DNA from: Balanoglossus misakiensis
Lineage: Eukaryota > Animalia > Hemichordata
Assembly: GCA_040954595.2 (NCBI GenBank)
Contig: CM082597.2
Coordinates: 6,473,849-6,537,848 of the forward strand
DNA: 64,000 nucleotides
Reading direction: 5' to 3'
The stretch's first letter is position 1. Each line of letters begins with the position of its first letter. Under the pieces are notes generated by a model that was not told the DNA's origin, searched no databases, and saw nothing but the letters and a program-made list of their open reading frames with translations. The position numbers and the translations under genes are program-made. This document shows positions 63,026 through 64,000 of this stretch, piece after piece.

Positions 63026-63758
63026 GGCTAGTTATACTTTGCGAAACAACGAAACAGCGAAACGACGAAACCATTATTAAAATAGGGGCCAGTCATCAAG
63101 ACGGTGGCGTATGATTTTTTTTAAAGTTTCCAAATTAAAACGTAAGCGAGCCAAGAAAACTACAGGTCAGATAAATTGTTTTCTCGGAAATTCAACATTA
63201 GAATTTGGCGTTGGAAACAAACGGCGGGTCGCCAGTTCCTGGTCTGCGGCCTGGTACTATGTAGTGGTAGAGTCGACGTCGTGTGCGCGCAAACGATTCA
63301 TGCCAAACTGCTACATATACACAGTGAATATACGCGCGCGCACAACGAAACCACAAAAGATCGAAACCTCAAAATGCGGCAGCAACTGACACTATTTCCT
63401 TAAATACCACAAGGCGGGGAGGCATGAATTGCAATTAAGATAATAAAGAAATTTCGACAATGATACTGTGTTGTGTGAGTTACATGTGTTTCTATATATA
63501 ACTACTACTCTTACCCCCCATCAGTGTTTGACCCTCGAAAGCTTACGGACACTACTGCTTTGTTTCAACTAATCCTTAGCCCCGTGAATCATGTGAATAT
63601 ACTCGTACATTGACCTTTTGGGGCGGGATTCTTTTTTGGCGCGCAACCACTAGTACCAGGCCGCAGACCAGGAACTTATTTGGAAACTTTTAAAATAATA
63701 ATACGCCACCGTCTTGTTTCGTTTCGCTGTTTCGTTGTTTCGCAAAGTATAACTAGCC
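63026..63758. mobile_element. Non-autonomous Mutator(MULE)-like element, 733 bp, 9-bp TSD
   Basis: TTAAAAAAC|GGCTAGTTATACTTTGCGAAACAACGAAACAGCGAAACG...CGTTTCGCTGTTTCGTTGTTTCGCAAAGTATAACTAGCC|TTAAAAAAC. Other units show the empty site ggaTTAAAAAACagtacc. Confidence 0.88.
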
Positions 63759-64000
63759 TTAAAAAACAGTACCATACACACATTAGGATCTGAAGAGGAT
63801 GTTGAAGTTGTTTTAACCCTTTCTCCACCATGGTTTGGTCTAATTCCATTGTTCTCCAATGGTAGTGTTGGACCTTTACACAGTGAAATGGGGGTGGAAG
63901 GGTTAAGGAAGTACTCTGAATTGTAGTAAAGAAAATCTGAAAACATATTGTGAAATTATTTATCAACAGACATAACACTCAACTATGAATTCATCATTCA

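Larger units (their letters stand above)
4590..64000 (-). repeat. Tandem segmental-duplication array of TRIM-NHL units (6 complete plus the start of a 7th)
   Basis: The same ordered blocks recur. Stop-to-stop distances are 8531, 9331, 11719, 11258 and 8488 bp. Homology begins at acctccagaaatcaaat (about 4592) and runs off the right edge. Confidence 0.97.

Overview
AT-rich, spliced eukaryotic DNA from an animal. A marine invertebrate, possibly a hemichordate, amphioxus or echinoderm-type deuterostome, is my inference from gene content; it is not proven. Bases 1-3.9 kb hold six consecutive phase-1/phase-1 calcium-binding EGF exons of a fibrillin/fibulin/LTBP-like gene on the + strand, with no start or stop in view. 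From about 4.6 kb to the window end lies a head-to-tail tandem array of 8.5-11.7 kb units. Each unit carries a minus-strand TRIM-NHL gene with an uninterrupted CDS (RING, B-box1, B-box2, coiled coil, six NHL repeats, no filamin; about 650 aa). Six copies are complete and intact, and the 3' flank of a seventh is present. The copies are nearly identical except at the residues on the predicted top, ligand-binding face of the NHL propeller, which are hypervariable through first- and second-codon-position changes. Sequence patches are shuffled between copies in a mosaic pattern. Each unit also has two independently varying VNTRs (52 bp: 4/6/9/22/3/2 copies; 181 bp: 2/2/4/2/5/1 copies), a candidate M-box/CCAAT/ETS promoter, a long candidate 3' UTR and copy-specific non-autonomous DNA transposons whose target-site duplications can be confirmed against paralogous empty sites. 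The best candidate for an undescribed system is a diversifying, probably immune-related TRIM-NHL E3-ligase receptor array, possibly nested antisense in an intron of the EGF gene.
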